In this document: one piece after another, positions 46,350 through 57,681 of the stretch
How positions within the stretch are numbered: the stretch's first letter is position 1
Layout of the letters: each line of letters begins with the position of its first letter
From: a bacterium
GTDB taxonomy: Bacteria; Bacillota_I; Bacilli_A; RF39; UBA660
Assembly: GCA_030531425.1 (NCBI GenBank)
Contig: JAUNNO010000001.1
Coordinates: 1-57,681 of the forward strand
DNA length: 57,681 bases
Direction of reading: 5' to 3'
The notes under the pieces: model-generated
The model's input: only the letters and a program-made list of their open reading frames with translations
Databases searched by the model: none
Told to the model about the DNA's origin: nothing
Position numbers and translations under genes: made by a program

Positions 46350-47475
46350 TTAAATTCATCCTTTTTTTATATGAAAAATTTGTATAATTATTTATATACT
46401 CCATTTTACTTTGAATATCAGATAATAATTTCAATTGATTTCTTGCTCTTATCAAATTATGTTTATCTTTTACGGTCTTAAAATAAGTATCACCATTTAT
46501 ATAATCATTTAAAAACCTCATAGCAAGTTCCAATGTTAAAACTTCTATTGATCTTCCTAGATTAGATACTTCATATTCATTTAAGAAAGGCGCCATTTCA
46601 CTTAGATAACCATCTGTATATTTTTCAAACAAATTATTATCTAGATAAACTTTAGCTAAGTCTTCCTCATCTTCTAATGCATTTGACGCACTACTTCTTA
46701 TACCATCTCCATAATCATATAAACAGCTTCCAAGCATTACTGTATCTAAATCTATTACTGTTAAATAATCTTTTGTATCAATATCTATCATTACATTATT
46801 AACTTTAGTATCATTATGAGTAATTCTTATTGGTATTAAATTATTGTCTACTAAATCTGTAATACTAGAAATTATACTTTCATTTTTCTTTACTAATTCA
46901 ATTTCATCTTTAACAGACTCACATCTTTTACAAACATCTTCTTTTATATCATTTAAAAATTTAATATATCTTAACTTTGTATTATGAAAATCAGGAATAC
47001 TTTCTTCTACTTTTTCTATTGGATAATCTATAAGTAGTTTTTGGAAATGACCAAATGCTTTACCACTATTATAAACAATATTAGGATCTAATGATCTATC
47101 ATAAGTTATAGCGTTATCTATGCAATTATATGCCCTATAATACATTTTTTCTCCATTAAAGTCTTCGATAGTTGCTAAACTATTTCCTGATTTTGTTTTA
47201 ATTACTTTTAGGCAAGGCTTATTGTCATTTAATAATTTAGTTTTATCCTCTATCCAATCAGTAATTCCACTTATATTTTTCATTAATTTGTAAGGTTCCT
47301 TAAAAACAGTTGTATTAATTTTTTGAAAAATAAATCTGTTTGTAGAACCATCCATCATTTTGTAAGTACCTATATATGTTTTATTTATATTTCCATTATT
47401 TTTACACTTAATATCTAATAGGTTCCCTTTTATATCAAATTGATCTGTTACTTGTTTTATTATATCTAACATCAT
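46342..47475 (-). CDS. APH-fold phosphotransferase (N-acetylhexosamine-1-kinase-like)
   Basis: 377 aa with the Brenner-type HNDTKVNNVM and VIDLDTVM. It overlaps cca by 8 nt. Confidence 0.65.
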   Translation of the reverse strand: MMLDIIKQVTDQFDIKGNLLDIKCKNNGNINKTYIGTYKMMDGSTNRFIFQKINTTVFKEPYKLMKNISGITDWIEDKTKLLNDNKPCLKVIKTKSGNSLATIEDFNGEKMYYRAYNCIDNAITYDRSLDPNIVYNSGKAFGHFQKLLIDYPIEKVEESIPDFHNTKLRYIKFLNDIKEDVCKRCESVKDEIELVKKNESIISSITDLVDNNLIPIRITHNDTKVNNVMIDIDTKDYLTVIDLDTVMLGSCLYDYGDGIRSSASNALEDEEDLAKVYLDNNLFEKYTDGYLSEMAPFLNEYEVSNLGRSIEVLTLELAMRFLNDYINGDTYFKTVKDKHNLIRARNQLKLLSDIQSKMEYINNYTNFSYKKRMNLNE

Positions 47476-47513
47476 ACCACCTATATTAATTATATCAAAT
47501 TTTAAAATTAATA

Positions 47514-47540
47514 TAAATAAAAAAGCATTAATTTAATGCT
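47514..47540 (-). terminator. Rho-independent terminator of hup
   Basis: The palindrome AGCATTAA-T-TTAATGCT spans the stop codon and is followed on the minus strand by TTTTTTATTT. Confidence 0.55.
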
Positions 47541-47800
47541 TCTTTTAATTTAGATCCAGCTTTTCCTTTTACTGCTACTCTAGCAGGGATTTTTACAGTT
47601 TCACCAGTTCTTGGATTACGTCCTGTTTTTGCAGCTTTTTTATCTGCTGTAAAAGTGAAGAAACCTGTTAATGTAACTTTTCCTTCCTTTTTTAAACCAC
47701 TTGTAACTCCACACATAAATGCATCAAGTGCACGAGCAGCATCTGCTTTTGTTAATCCAGCTTCTTCAGCCATGTAATTTACTAAATCTGTTTTAGTCAT
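47528..47800 (-). CDS. hup: DNA-binding protein HU
   Basis: 90 aa with MTKTDLV..GFF.F....KAAKTGRNPRTGE. Confidence 0.95.
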   Translation of the reverse strand: MTKTDLVNYMAEEAGLTKADAARALDAFMCGVTSGLKKEGKVTLTGFFTFTADKKAAKTGRNPRTGETVKIPARVAVKGKAGSKLKEALN

Positions 47801-47977
47801 ATAAAACTTCCTCCCTATCTAATTGATAAGCTATCTTGCTTACAATCTAATATTATCATATTCTAAAAGTGTTTGCAACATTTTTTAATAAAATTTTAAT
47901 GTTTTTATACGTTTTTAAACAAATTATCAATATTTTTTTATATATATAAAAAAACTATATACTTTCATATATAATTT

Positions 47978-49090
47978 TTATTTATTTTTTTTCAAATAAT
48001 CTTCAATTTTTTTAAATTCACCCGTTTTTAAATCAGTTTCTCTAAGCTCTTCAAATAATTTTTTTTGTTTTCTGTCTAATTTATCTGGTATTACTACATT
48101 TATAATAACATACATATTTCCTTTTGAACCGGAATGTAAATCTTCTACGCCTTTGCCTTTTAATCTATGTTTATCTCCTGTTGTAGCACCAGATTCTATG
48201 CTTATTGTTACATTACCATATAATGTAGGAATTTCTTTTTTACATCCTAAAACAGCATCTGTTATTGTTAGTGGAAGTTCTAAATAAATATCGTTACCAT
48301 CTCTTTCAAATAAAGAGTGATCTTTTACTCTAAATTCTAAATATAAATCTCCATTAGCTCCTCCATTATATCCAGGATCACCTTTAGAGGCAATTCTAAG
48401 TCTATTACCAGTATCTACTCCAGCTGGAATTTTTACTTCAATGTCCTTATTTGTTTTTACTTTACCTTTTCCCCTACATTTAGAGCAAACAGTTGAATAA
48501 GTTTTTCCTTTACCATTACAATCAGGACAAGTGGTTCTTGTCATAAAAGCGCCAAAAAGTGTATTTTGTTCTCTAGTTATAGTACCAGATCCATGGCAAG
48601 AAGAACAAGTTTTCTCACCTTTCCCCCCCTTACCATCACACTCAGAACAGTTCTCATAAAAATCCAAATTTATAGTTTTTTTACATCCAAATACGGCTTC
48701 TTCAAAGCTTAAATCAACTCTCATTAATTTGTCAGATCCTCTTTGCCTTGTAGTATTTCTACCTCCGCCAAATGATGAAAAGCCAGAAAATCCTCCACCA
48801 AATAAATCACTAAAAATATCACTAAAATCAAAATTTGAAAAATCGAATCCAGCTCCACCATTCATTTGATCAAATGCAGCATGACCATATCTATCATATT
48901 GACTTCTTTTTTCAGGATCCGAAAGAACTGCATAAGCTTCCTGTGCTTCTTTAAATTTAGAAGCTGCATCAGGTTCTTTAGATACATCTGGATGATATTT
49001 CTTTGCTAACTTTCTAAAAGCACTTTTAATTTCTTTATCATCAGCATCTTTAGATACACCTAAGACCTCATAATAATCTTTTTTATTCAT
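47978..49090 (-). CDS. dnaJ: molecular chaperone DnaJ
   Basis: 370 aa with a J domain (YHPD), a G/F region, and four CxxCxGxG zinc repeats. Confidence 0.97.
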   Translation of the reverse strand: MNKKDYYEVLGVSKDADDKEIKSAFRKLAKKYHPDVSKEPDAASKFKEAQEAYAVLSDPEKRSQYDRYGHAAFDQMNGGAGFDFSNFDFSDIFSDLFGGGFSGFSSFGGGRNTTRQRGSDKLMRVDLSFEEAVFGCKKTINLDFYENCSECDGKGGKGEKTCSSCHGSGTITREQNTLFGAFMTRTTCPDCNGKGKTYSTVCSKCRGKGKVKTNKDIEVKIPAGVDTGNRLRIASKGDPGYNGGANGDLYLEFRVKDHSLFERDGNDIYLELPLTITDAVLGCKKEIPTLYGNVTISIESGATTGDKHRLKGKGVEDLHSGSKGNMYVIINVVIPDKLDRKQKKLFEELRETDLKTGEFKKIEDYLKKNK

Positions 49091-49101
49091 ACAACATCCT
49101 C

Positions 49102-50892
49102 CTATTTTATTAATTCTTTTAATTCATTAAGTTTTTCCTTAAACATATCAAGAGCATCTGTAACTGGTTTTGTAGTAGTCATATCAACTCCTACTTTTGA
49201 TAAAATATTTAAAGGATAATCAGAACCACCACTACTTAAAAAGTTCAAATAATCTTTTCTCGTTTTTTCATCATTTTTTATTATTCTTGAAGCTATTGAA
49301 AGCGCACTTGAAAGTCCAGTTGCATACTTATAAACATAAAATGGTGTATAAAAATGTGGTATTCTAGACCATTCGTATCTAATATTATCATCACTAATAA
49401 CATTAGAGCCATAATATAATTTATTTAATTCATAATATGTGTTTGATATTTCTTCTTCTGTTAAAGGAATACCCTCTGCCTCTTTTTCATGCATTATCAT
49501 TTCAAATTCTGCAAACATAGTTTGTCTATATATAGTTGTTCTAACTGTATCTAAAAAATCAGTTAAATAATATATTTTTTCATTTTTAGTTTTTGCAGTT
49601 TTATATAAATAATCATTTATTAAAACTTCATTTACAGTAGATGCAATCTCTGCTAAAAATATTGGATAATTTGAATCTATATAATTTTGAGATTTTGAAT
49701 AATATGAATGCATTGAGTGGCCTAATTCATGTGCCATAGTACTTACTGAATCTGTAGTATCATTATAATTAAGAAGTAAATATGGATAAGATTCATAACA
49801 TCCCCAAGAATAAGCTCCAGATCTTTTTCCATCATTTGGATATATATCTATCCATCTTTCTTCAAATGCTTTATTTAGATCTTTAAGATATTTATCTCCT
49901 AATGGTTTTAACGCTTCAAAAAGGATTTTTTTACCTTCTTCAAAAGGAATTTTATCTTGATTAATTTCTATTAAATCTACATAAATATCATACATATGCA
50001 TCTCATCTAAATTTAAAGCTTTTTTTCTTAAATCCATATATTCATACATAAGATAATTATTATCATGTACTACTTTTATCAAATTATCATAAACTGATTT
50101 ATCTATATTATCTTGAAATAATGATCTTTCAAGAGTTGAAGTATAATTTTTGGTATTTGTTATGAAGGATGATTCTTTAATTTCTCCAACATATAAAGCT
50201 GAAAGAGTATTTTTATGATTTTTATAGTAATTATACATAGCATTAAATGCATCTTGTCTAACAGTTCTATTTTTACTTTTCATAAAAATAGAATAATTAC
50301 TAGAAGTTAATTTTATATATTCCCCATTTTCATCTTTTACAAGACCTAAATCTATATCAGAATTATTTAAATTACTAAATGCTTCAGAACAATTTCCAAA
50401 AGAATTTAGTGCTTTTGTAAATATTTCCTCTTCTTTAAATGATAGTGAATGATCTTTAAATCTATAAATTGTTTCCAAATAAAATTTATATTCTTCTAAT
50501 TTTTTATTTTCTTTAATATATTTTAATACTAAATCATAATCAGCTTCTAACATTTCTGGTTCAATAAATGAATATTTTTCACTTATACCCTCATTTAACT
50601 TTTCAATTTTCATTTTTAAAGCTTTAGCTTTATTATTTTTAGTATCAACATCATAATTCATTTTAGCATATATATATAATTTTTCTAATAGTTTATCTTG
50701 ACTCTCTGTAAGAGATAAAAAATCATATAAATTATCTGCATTATCCATTATATGTGACTTATACTCTAGTATTTGAGGTGTTAGAACATTTACTTTTTCA
50801 ATATCTGATTTGATTTGTTTATCTGATTCATACATTTTAGATAAATCCCACATATATTTTTTTGGTACTTCTTCTCTTGATTTGTATTCCAT
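49102..50892 (-). CDS. pepF: oligoendopeptidase F (M3B)
   Basis: 596 aa with zinc site [20 protein letters not shown]. Confidence 0.9.
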   Translation of the reverse strand: MEYKSREEVPKKYMWDLSKMYESDKQIKSDIEKVNVLTPQILEYKSHIMDNADNLYDFLSLTESQDKLLEKLYIYAKMNYDVDTKNNKAKALKMKIEKLNEGISEKYSFIEPEMLEADYDLVLKYIKENKKLEEYKFYLETIYRFKDHSLSFKEEEIFTKALNSFGNCSEAFSNLNNSDIDLGLVKDENGEYIKLTSSNYSIFMKSKNRTVRQDAFNAMYNYYKNHKNTLSALYVGEIKESSFITNTKNYTSTLERSLFQDNIDKSVYDNLIKVVHDNNYLMYEYMDLRKKALNLDEMHMYDIYVDLIEINQDKIPFEEGKKILFEALKPLGDKYLKDLNKAFEERWIDIYPNDGKRSGAYSWGCYESYPYLLLNYNDTTDSVSTMAHELGHSMHSYYSKSQNYIDSNYPIFLAEIASTVNEVLINDYLYKTAKTKNEKIYYLTDFLDTVRTTIYRQTMFAEFEMIMHEKEAEGIPLTEEEISNTYYELNKLYYGSNVISDDNIRYEWSRIPHFYTPFYVYKYATGLSSALSIASRIIKNDEKTRKDYLNFLSSGGSDYPLNILSKVGVDMTTTKPVTDALDMFKEKLNELKELIK

Positions 50893-50912
50893 ATTTTCTC
50901 CTTTTAATTTAA

Positions 50913-50936
50913 GAAGTTCTAGTTTCCTAGAACTTC
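50913..50936 (-). promoter_or_regulatory. intercistronic stem-loop between dnaK and pepF
   Basis: Perfect 10-bp stem GAAGTTCTAG-GAAA-CTAGAACTTC with no following U run. It sits 3 nt after the dnaK stop. Confidence 0.6.
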
Positions 50937-50939
50937 ATT

Positions 50940-53395
<2,456 letters not shown>

Positions 53396-53408
53396 AATTA
53401 CCTCTTTT

Positions 53409-54398
53409 CTAATTATCTATGTTATTTTTTATATATTCTAAAAGTGTTACAACTCTGTCATATTCCATTCTTTTAGGTCCAATTAAAGCTATTGTTCCCT
53501 CTTCACCATTTATCGTATATTTAGTTTTAATTACTGTAACATCATCATCAAAATCATTTTCGCTTCCTATGTAAATATTTATACCATTATCTTCTTCTTT
53601 GATACTATCTATAAGATCCTTATCTTCAAATTTATTCAATATATCTCTTATTTTATCAGTATTATTAAATTCAGGTTGCATAAGAATGTTTTTTGTACCA
53701 TTAACTTTAACTGACTCTGATGCGAAATCACTAAATGCATTATAAAAAGCATAAAAAAGTACAACTTTTTGTTTTACATATTTAGCAATTATAGGTTTAA
53801 CTTGATACTCTAATACTTCACTTACGGAATCAATACTTGTACCAACAATTAATTTATTTATTAAATCAACCGTTTTTTTGATTTCTTCTATATCAACCAT
53901 ATCAGATAAATGTATGTTCCTGTGCTCTACATGACCTTTATCAGTAACTACTATAGCTACTAAATTAGATTTATCAATTGGTATTACTTCTACTTTTTGA
54001 ACTAAATTTTCACTAGATTGTTTACCAAGTACAACAGTTGTATAATGAGTAAGCTCAGATATAATCTCCATACTTTTTAAAATTATATCATTAACAACTA
54101 ATGATTTATTGTCAACTATTGTCTGAAGTTTTAACATATCTTCGCCGCTTAACTCTTTTGGCCTCATTATATTATCAACATAATACCTATAACCTTTTTC
54201 GCTTGGTACTCTACCAGATGATATATGTGTTTTTTCTAACAAGCCAATTTCTTCTAAATAATTCATTTCAGCCCTTATAGTAGCACTAGAACATTTCATT
54301 TTAACGCAAAGTGCTTTTGAGCTAACAGGTCTTACAGACTTTACATAGTCCTCAACAATTAGTTTTAACAATTCTTCTTGTCTTTTACTAATCACCAT
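53409..54398 (-). CDS. hrcA: heat-inducible transcription repressor HrcA
   Basis: 329 aa. It is the first gene of the dnaK operon, has an N-terminal wHTH (RQEELLKLIVEDY), and CIRCE operators lie upstream. Confidence 0.93.
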   Translation of the reverse strand: MVISKRQEELLKLIVEDYVKSVRPVSSKALCVKMKCSSATIRAEMNYLEEIGLLEKTHISSGRVPSEKGYRYYVDNIMRPKELSGEDMLKLQTIVDNKSLVVNDIILKSMEIISELTHYTTVVLGKQSSENLVQKVEVIPIDKSNLVAIVVTDKGHVEHRNIHLSDMVDIEEIKKTVDLINKLIVGTSIDSVSEVLEYQVKPIIAKYVKQKVVLFYAFYNAFSDFASESVKVNGTKNILMQPEFNNTDKIRDILNKFEDKDLIDSIKEEDNGINIYIGSENDFDDDVTVIKTKYTINGEEGTIALIGPKRMEYDRVVTLLEYIKNNIDN

Positions 54399-54432
54399 AT
54401 CACCTCTATTATTATATACATAATTTCATATC

Positions 54433-54459
54433 TTAGCACTATTTTCTTTTGAGTGCTAA
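54433..54459. promoter_or_regulatory. CIRCE operator (proximal)
   Basis: TTAGCACTA-N9-GAGTGCTAA, against the consensus TTAGCACTC-N9-GAGTGCTAA. Confidence 0.9.
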
Positions 54460-54463
54460 AAAA

Positions 54464-54492
54464 AGTATAGCACTATTTATTAGCACTGTCAA
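54464..54492 (-). promoter_or_regulatory. sigma-A promoter of the hrcA-grpE-dnaK operon
   Basis: Minus strand reads TTGACA - 17 nt - TATACT. The -35 lies inside the distal CIRCE spacer and the proximal CIRCE lies just downstream of the -10. Confidence 0.7.
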
Positions 54493-54506
54493 TAGTTGTG
54501 TGCTAA
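54480..54506. promoter_or_regulatory. CIRCE operator (distal, degenerate)
   Basis: TTAGCACTG-N9-GTGTGCTAA. Confidence 0.75.
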
Positions 54507-54511
54507 TTTTA

Positions 54512-54551
54512 TAAAAAATTAAAATCGTATAAAGTAATACCTATACGATTT
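54512..54551 (-). terminator. Rho-independent terminator of the 378-aa prepilin-type gene
   Basis: Minus strand AAATCGTATA-GGTATTACTT-TATACGATTT followed by TAATTTTTTAT. Confidence 0.55.
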
Positions 54552-54561
54552 AATTATTATT

Positions 54562-55698
54562 TTAATTTAGTGAGAGCGTTATAACTGGGCGCACACCATA
54601 TAAAGGAATAGCTGGATAGATACCTTTTACTTCTCCACCACCATTCACGCAAATTGCATTGTTATATGCAGAATCAGAAGACAATAACCAATATCCAGAT
54701 ATTCCTGCAATGCTATTTGTTGGTTTAGATGGTTGATCCGTCATCCAAATGTTTAAATAATCAAATAAATAATTATTTGTTCCGTCAGCCTCTGAAACTT
54801 CATTATAATATGGCAATCTTGTTTTTAGGTTTGTAAGTTCAAATCCTGATACATAATTTCCTTCTTTATCTTTTATTTTAGTCACTCCTGATAGAGTTTC
54901 TATTCCGGTATAACCATATGAACCTTCATGGCCCATACCTTCATCTATGTAATTTAAATTTATATTTGGAACATTAGTCCAAGACTTTGTTGCATTATGT
55001 AAATATGCAAGAGCATCACTTGGCCCCCAAAATGTACCACCGCCTGATTTCCAATCTACTAATCCTTTATTAGTTTCATCTGCAAGTCCATAATCTGAAT
55101 CTGAATTATAGTATACATTTCTATCTAATATTAAGTTTACATTGGATCCTTCCTTGCTTAATACATAGAATGTATAATTCTTTTCATCATTTACTTGGCA
55201 TGTTGCCTTTTCTCCTACATCTATTGTCTTATTAAGATTTAAATCCTCTACATCACATATATTAGCTAAATTTATATGTCCATCATATGGTTCTTCTATT
55301 TCTTTTGTTATTATTAACTTATTATTTTCATCGTATGTTAATGTATCTTCATTATATGTCAATGTTGTTTCTCCTGTTTTTACTATAATTCCATTTTGTA
55401 GTGATATTGTTCCACTTTCTGGTAGTTCACCATCTACTGTGACATTTAATGTTTTGTCACCACATTTTGTTATTCCTGATTCAATAGTACAACTATTTGG
55501 ATTAAATTCTCCATTTAAGTTCTCTTTTGCAATAGCTAATTCTACTGCTTTTAAATAATTTTCTGCACTCCTTTTTAACGCCTCTTTTTTTGAATCTTCA
55601 ATAATATCTATTATTATTGGAACTGCTATTAGAGCTATTATTGCTAATATTACTATTACTGCTAAAAGCTCTATCAATGTAAAACCTTTTTCTTTCAT
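54562..55698 (-). CDS. prepilin-type N-terminal cleavage/methylation domain protein with large C-terminal domain
   Basis: 378 aa. MKEKG|FTLIELLAVIVILAIIALIAVPIIIDIIEDSKK.. is the prepilin N-terminus. The C-terminus ..GYWLLSS...YGVRPVITL is a motif frequent in Firmicute surface proteins. RBS GAGGAGG. Confidence 0.88.
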   Translation of the reverse strand: MKEKGFTLIELLAVIVILAIIALIAVPIIIDIIEDSKKEALKRSAENYLKAVELAIAKENLNGEFNPNSCTIESGITKCGDKTLNVTVDGELPESGTISLQNGIIVKTGETTLTYNEDTLTYDENNKLIITKEIEEPYDGHINLANICDVEDLNLNKTIDVGEKATCQVNDEKNYTFYVLSKEGSNVNLILDRNVYYNSDSDYGLADETNKGLVDWKSGGGTFWGPSDALAYLHNATKSWTNVPNINLNYIDEGMGHEGSYGYTGIETLSGVTKIKDKEGNYVSGFELTNLKTRLPYYNEVSEADGTNNYLFDYLNIWMTDQPSKPTNSIAGISGYWLLSSDSAYNNAICVNGGGEVKGIYPAIPLYGVRPVITLSLN

Positions 55699-55729
55699 AA
55701 TTACCTCCTCTATTTTGACCGTAAAATTT

Positions 55730-56588
55730 TAACTGTGTAAGTTTGAATTTTTTAATTATTTTACCTTTCTAAAATTTTACTTTTCTATCTTTCTTGTACT
55801 CTTCTATCGTACAATTCTATTGTAACATAAATAAATAATTAAATAAATATTTTTTATAATTTTATACGCATTTGTTTACATCTCTATATATTTTTTTATT
55901 TTTTCATTATTATTAAACACTTTATATTCATCTAGATTTTTTACTATTCTAGCCCTCATTTTTAAATATGAAAATGTATACGAACTTATTGTTCTGGCTT
56001 CTCTACTATATTTTACTACTTCCATTATATCATCAATATATTTATCTACAACCATTAATAGTAATTTATTATCTTTATACTTATTTTTTATTTCGTTATA
56101 TAACATTTTTGCTTCTTCTATATCTTTAGATTTATATATATTCTGCATATCTCTCATAAGTTCTCTATGATTTTTTTGTAATATATATGGTCTTGTATTA
56201 TTATATATTTCCATCATAGAAGGCATTAATATCACTCCAGGATATGCCATTTTGATTGCTTTTTTCATATGATCATTATCAAGCATAGAAACCATAAATA
56301 GTTCATTTATTCCTCTAGATTTTAATTCTGACATTTTATTAAACCAAAAACTTGTTGTTTCTTCTTCTAAAACTATAATATCTATTATTCTTTTATATCC
56401 TTTTAAATTAATCCCCATAATCATATAAACATCTTGTTTTTTTGGAACATTGTTCACTTTTTTATACACTCTTTCCTTCATAATCATTGTACTTAAATAT
56501 GTATCATCTAATTCTCTTTTCATCCATTCTTCTAAATTCATTTTTCACCATAAAAATAACTGTATAAGTTTTTCTACTTACACAGTTA
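55730..56588 (-). mobile_element. possible decayed mini IS256-family element bounded by 13-bp perfect inverted repeats
   Basis: TAACTGTGTAAGT at 55730-55742 and its reverse complement ACTTACACAGTTA at 56576-56588 bracket the IS256-like ORF. A third copy with one mismatch lies at 56557-56569. Confidence 0.35.
55876..56541 (-). CDS. IS256/Mutator-family transposase-like protein, N-terminally short and catalytically degenerate
   Basis: 221 aa. EW..R.L...Y..., GIN..G.KRII, W...M.ELK.RGI and ..D.DH...AI align by eye with the IS256 Tnp core. The first Asp and the Glu of the DDE triad appear substituted, and the roughly 150-aa N-terminal region is missing. Confidence 0.55.
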   Translation of the reverse strand: MNLEEWMKRELDDTYLSTMIMKERVYKKVNNVPKKQDVYMIMGINLKGYKRIIDIIVLEEETTSFWFNKMSELKSRGINELFMVSMLDNDHMKKAIKMAYPGVILMPSMMEIYNNTRPYILQKNHRELMRDMQNIYKSKDIEEAKMLYNEIKNKYKDNKLLLMVVDKYIDDIMEVVKYSREARTISSYTFSYLKMRARIVKNLDEYKVFNNNEKIKKYIEM

Positions 56589-56589
56589 T
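56556..56589 (-). terminator. 14-bp stem hairpin + T run (terminator-like) just upstream of the IS256-like ORF
   Basis: Minus strand ATAACTGTGTAAGT-AGAAAA-ACTTATACAGTTAT followed by TTTTTATGG. The stem has one G.U-type mismatch. Confidence 0.4.
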
Positions 56590-56618
56590 TCTTACAAGGT
56601 CCATTATTTATTTTATCA

Positions 56619-56663
56619 CAAAAAAACAAATAATTTTTTCACAAATCATGAAAATTTGCTTGT
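56619..56663 (-). terminator. Rho-independent terminator; second copy of the terminator-like element seen at 57-93
   Basis: Hairpin with the same TTTTCA-TGATTTG-TGAAAA core as the element at the left window edge, followed by T7. It starts 10 nt after the stop of ORF 56674... Confidence 0.55.
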
Positions 56664-56673
56664 TTTTTTACAA

Positions 56674-57681
56674 TTACTTTTTTAATAAATAATACTCAAT
56701 ACTATAATAATTATCATCTACATTTGCATATTTTATAATTATTTTTTTATTATCTAAAATAAATATATTATTATTTTCAAAGCAATCATTAACCTTACCA
56801 TTATAACAGTTATACATTTTTTCTACAATAATTGGATAATTAGGTTCTATATCTGAATTTTCATAAATATATTCAAGAGTCTTATAACCTTCAATATCTA
56901 TTAAATTTATATTATTATCATAGTAATAAAAATTATTGTTTTCAAAATCATATTTATTAATTAAATCAATTTGTTCTCTAGTTAATAAATTTTTAATTAA
57001 TGTTTTACCTTTAGAAAAATTATTTAAATATTCATATGAACTTTTAACTTTATTTGTTACTTCATTACTATTTTTATATTCTAATAAATATTTATATTGA
57101 CTACAAATTGAAAAATCATAACAGTTTATAAATGGAATTATTAAAGTTATTACTAATTCAAATATTATAACAAAAATTAAAAGAGATTTATCTTTATTTA
57201 TAATATGAAATATTATATAGATAATTTCAAAAATAATTAGCATAACACCTAAATATCTAAAAATAGTAAATCCATTATCTATTATTCTTATACCTAGACA
57301 GTAGCACTGTAAAAACACAAATGGTATAAATAAATATGGCAATAACTTGTTAATTTTTATCAAAATATTGTTATTTTCAATATCATAACTCATAATACTT
57401 ACTATCATACTTATTATAAAAAGTAGTGATAATATTCTAAATACTATATTAGATGGCATAGTAAGTGTTAATAAAATTTTAAAAATATAAATATATATAA
57501 CTATATAAGATATTAAAATTAATATAAATAAAATTTTTGATACTAATATTTTAATAAATTCATTTACTTCATAATACTTATAAATAGAAAATATGCAAGA
57601 AGGTATAAAATATATTCCTAATACTAAAACTAAAATATTTTCATAATCATTAAGTATATTTCTATTTAATATTAATAAATT
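56674..57681 (-). CDS. polytopic membrane protein with C-terminal soluble domain, 5' end outside window
   Basis: I translated 57460-57681 in the frame of the 261-aa ORF. It has no stop and is hydrophobic (..ENILVLVLGIYFIPSCIFSIYKYY..ILFILILISYIVIYIYIF..), so the ORF probably runs off the right edge. Confidence 0.65.
   Translation of the reverse strand, partial: NLLILNRNILNDYENILVLVLGIYFIPSCIFSIYKYYEVNEFIKILVSKILFILILISYIVIYIYIFKILLTLTMPSNIVFRILSLLFIISMIVSIMSYDIENNNILIKINKLLPYLFIPFVFLQCYCLGIRIIDNGFTIFRYLGVMLIIFEIIYIIFHIINKDKSLLIFVIIFELVITLIIPFINCYDFSICSQYKYLLEYKNSNEVTNKVKSSYEYLNNFSKGKTLIKNLLTREQIDLINKYDFENNNFYYYDNNINLIDIEGYKTLEYIYENSDIEPNYPIIVEKMYNCYNGKVNDCFENNNIFILDNKKIIIKYANVDDNYYSIEYYLLKK

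Overview
This is a 57.7-kb, very AT-rich chromosomal segment from a PolC-type, cell-walled, low-GC Gram-positive-like bacterium (Clostridia/Erysipelotrichia-like). The taxon cannot be fixed from sequence alone. It uses the standard genetic code. Every convincing gene except clpP and one pseudogene lies on the minus strand. The housekeeping backbone is lon, a TGS/uridine-kinase-like gene plus gap, clpP, polC, rbgA-mrnC-rlmB-sigH, pyk, rplS, lepB, rny, ddl-murF, hemW, lepA, cca, hup, and a CIRCE/HrcA-controlled hrcA-grpE-dnaK-pepF-dnaJ operon. I saw no rRNA, tRNA or CRISPR array. Six things stand out. (1) At 13.98-18.13 kb there are four direct copies of the 3' tail of a ComEC/Rec2-type gene; in three of them the same stop-codon/RBS junction leads into different cargo (two diverged DUF1016 PD-(D/E)xK nucleases, a GNAT, a histidine phosphatase, a DinD fragment). 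This recombinase-less cassette stack is my best candidate for something undescribed. (2) A gap-coupled envelope operon (SBP-vWA fusion, XpaC-like protein, second anchored SBP, YdjI-type SPFH protein) is followed by an autonomous orphan two-gene unit. (3) Three dispersed prepilin-type genes are present, one inactivated by a 19-nt deletion yet sharing a 43-nt identical 5' stretch with an intact paralogue. (4) MurF carries a polytopic membrane domain in place of its N-terminal domain. (5) GrpE has a 9-Cys N-terminal extension. (6) There is a decayed islet (5'-truncated rhuM joined by a perfect 12-bp-arm palindrome to a nonsense-mutated wHTH gene) and a catalytically degenerate IS256-like remnant. 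All functional calls come from by-eye motif recognition and none has been verified by a database search.
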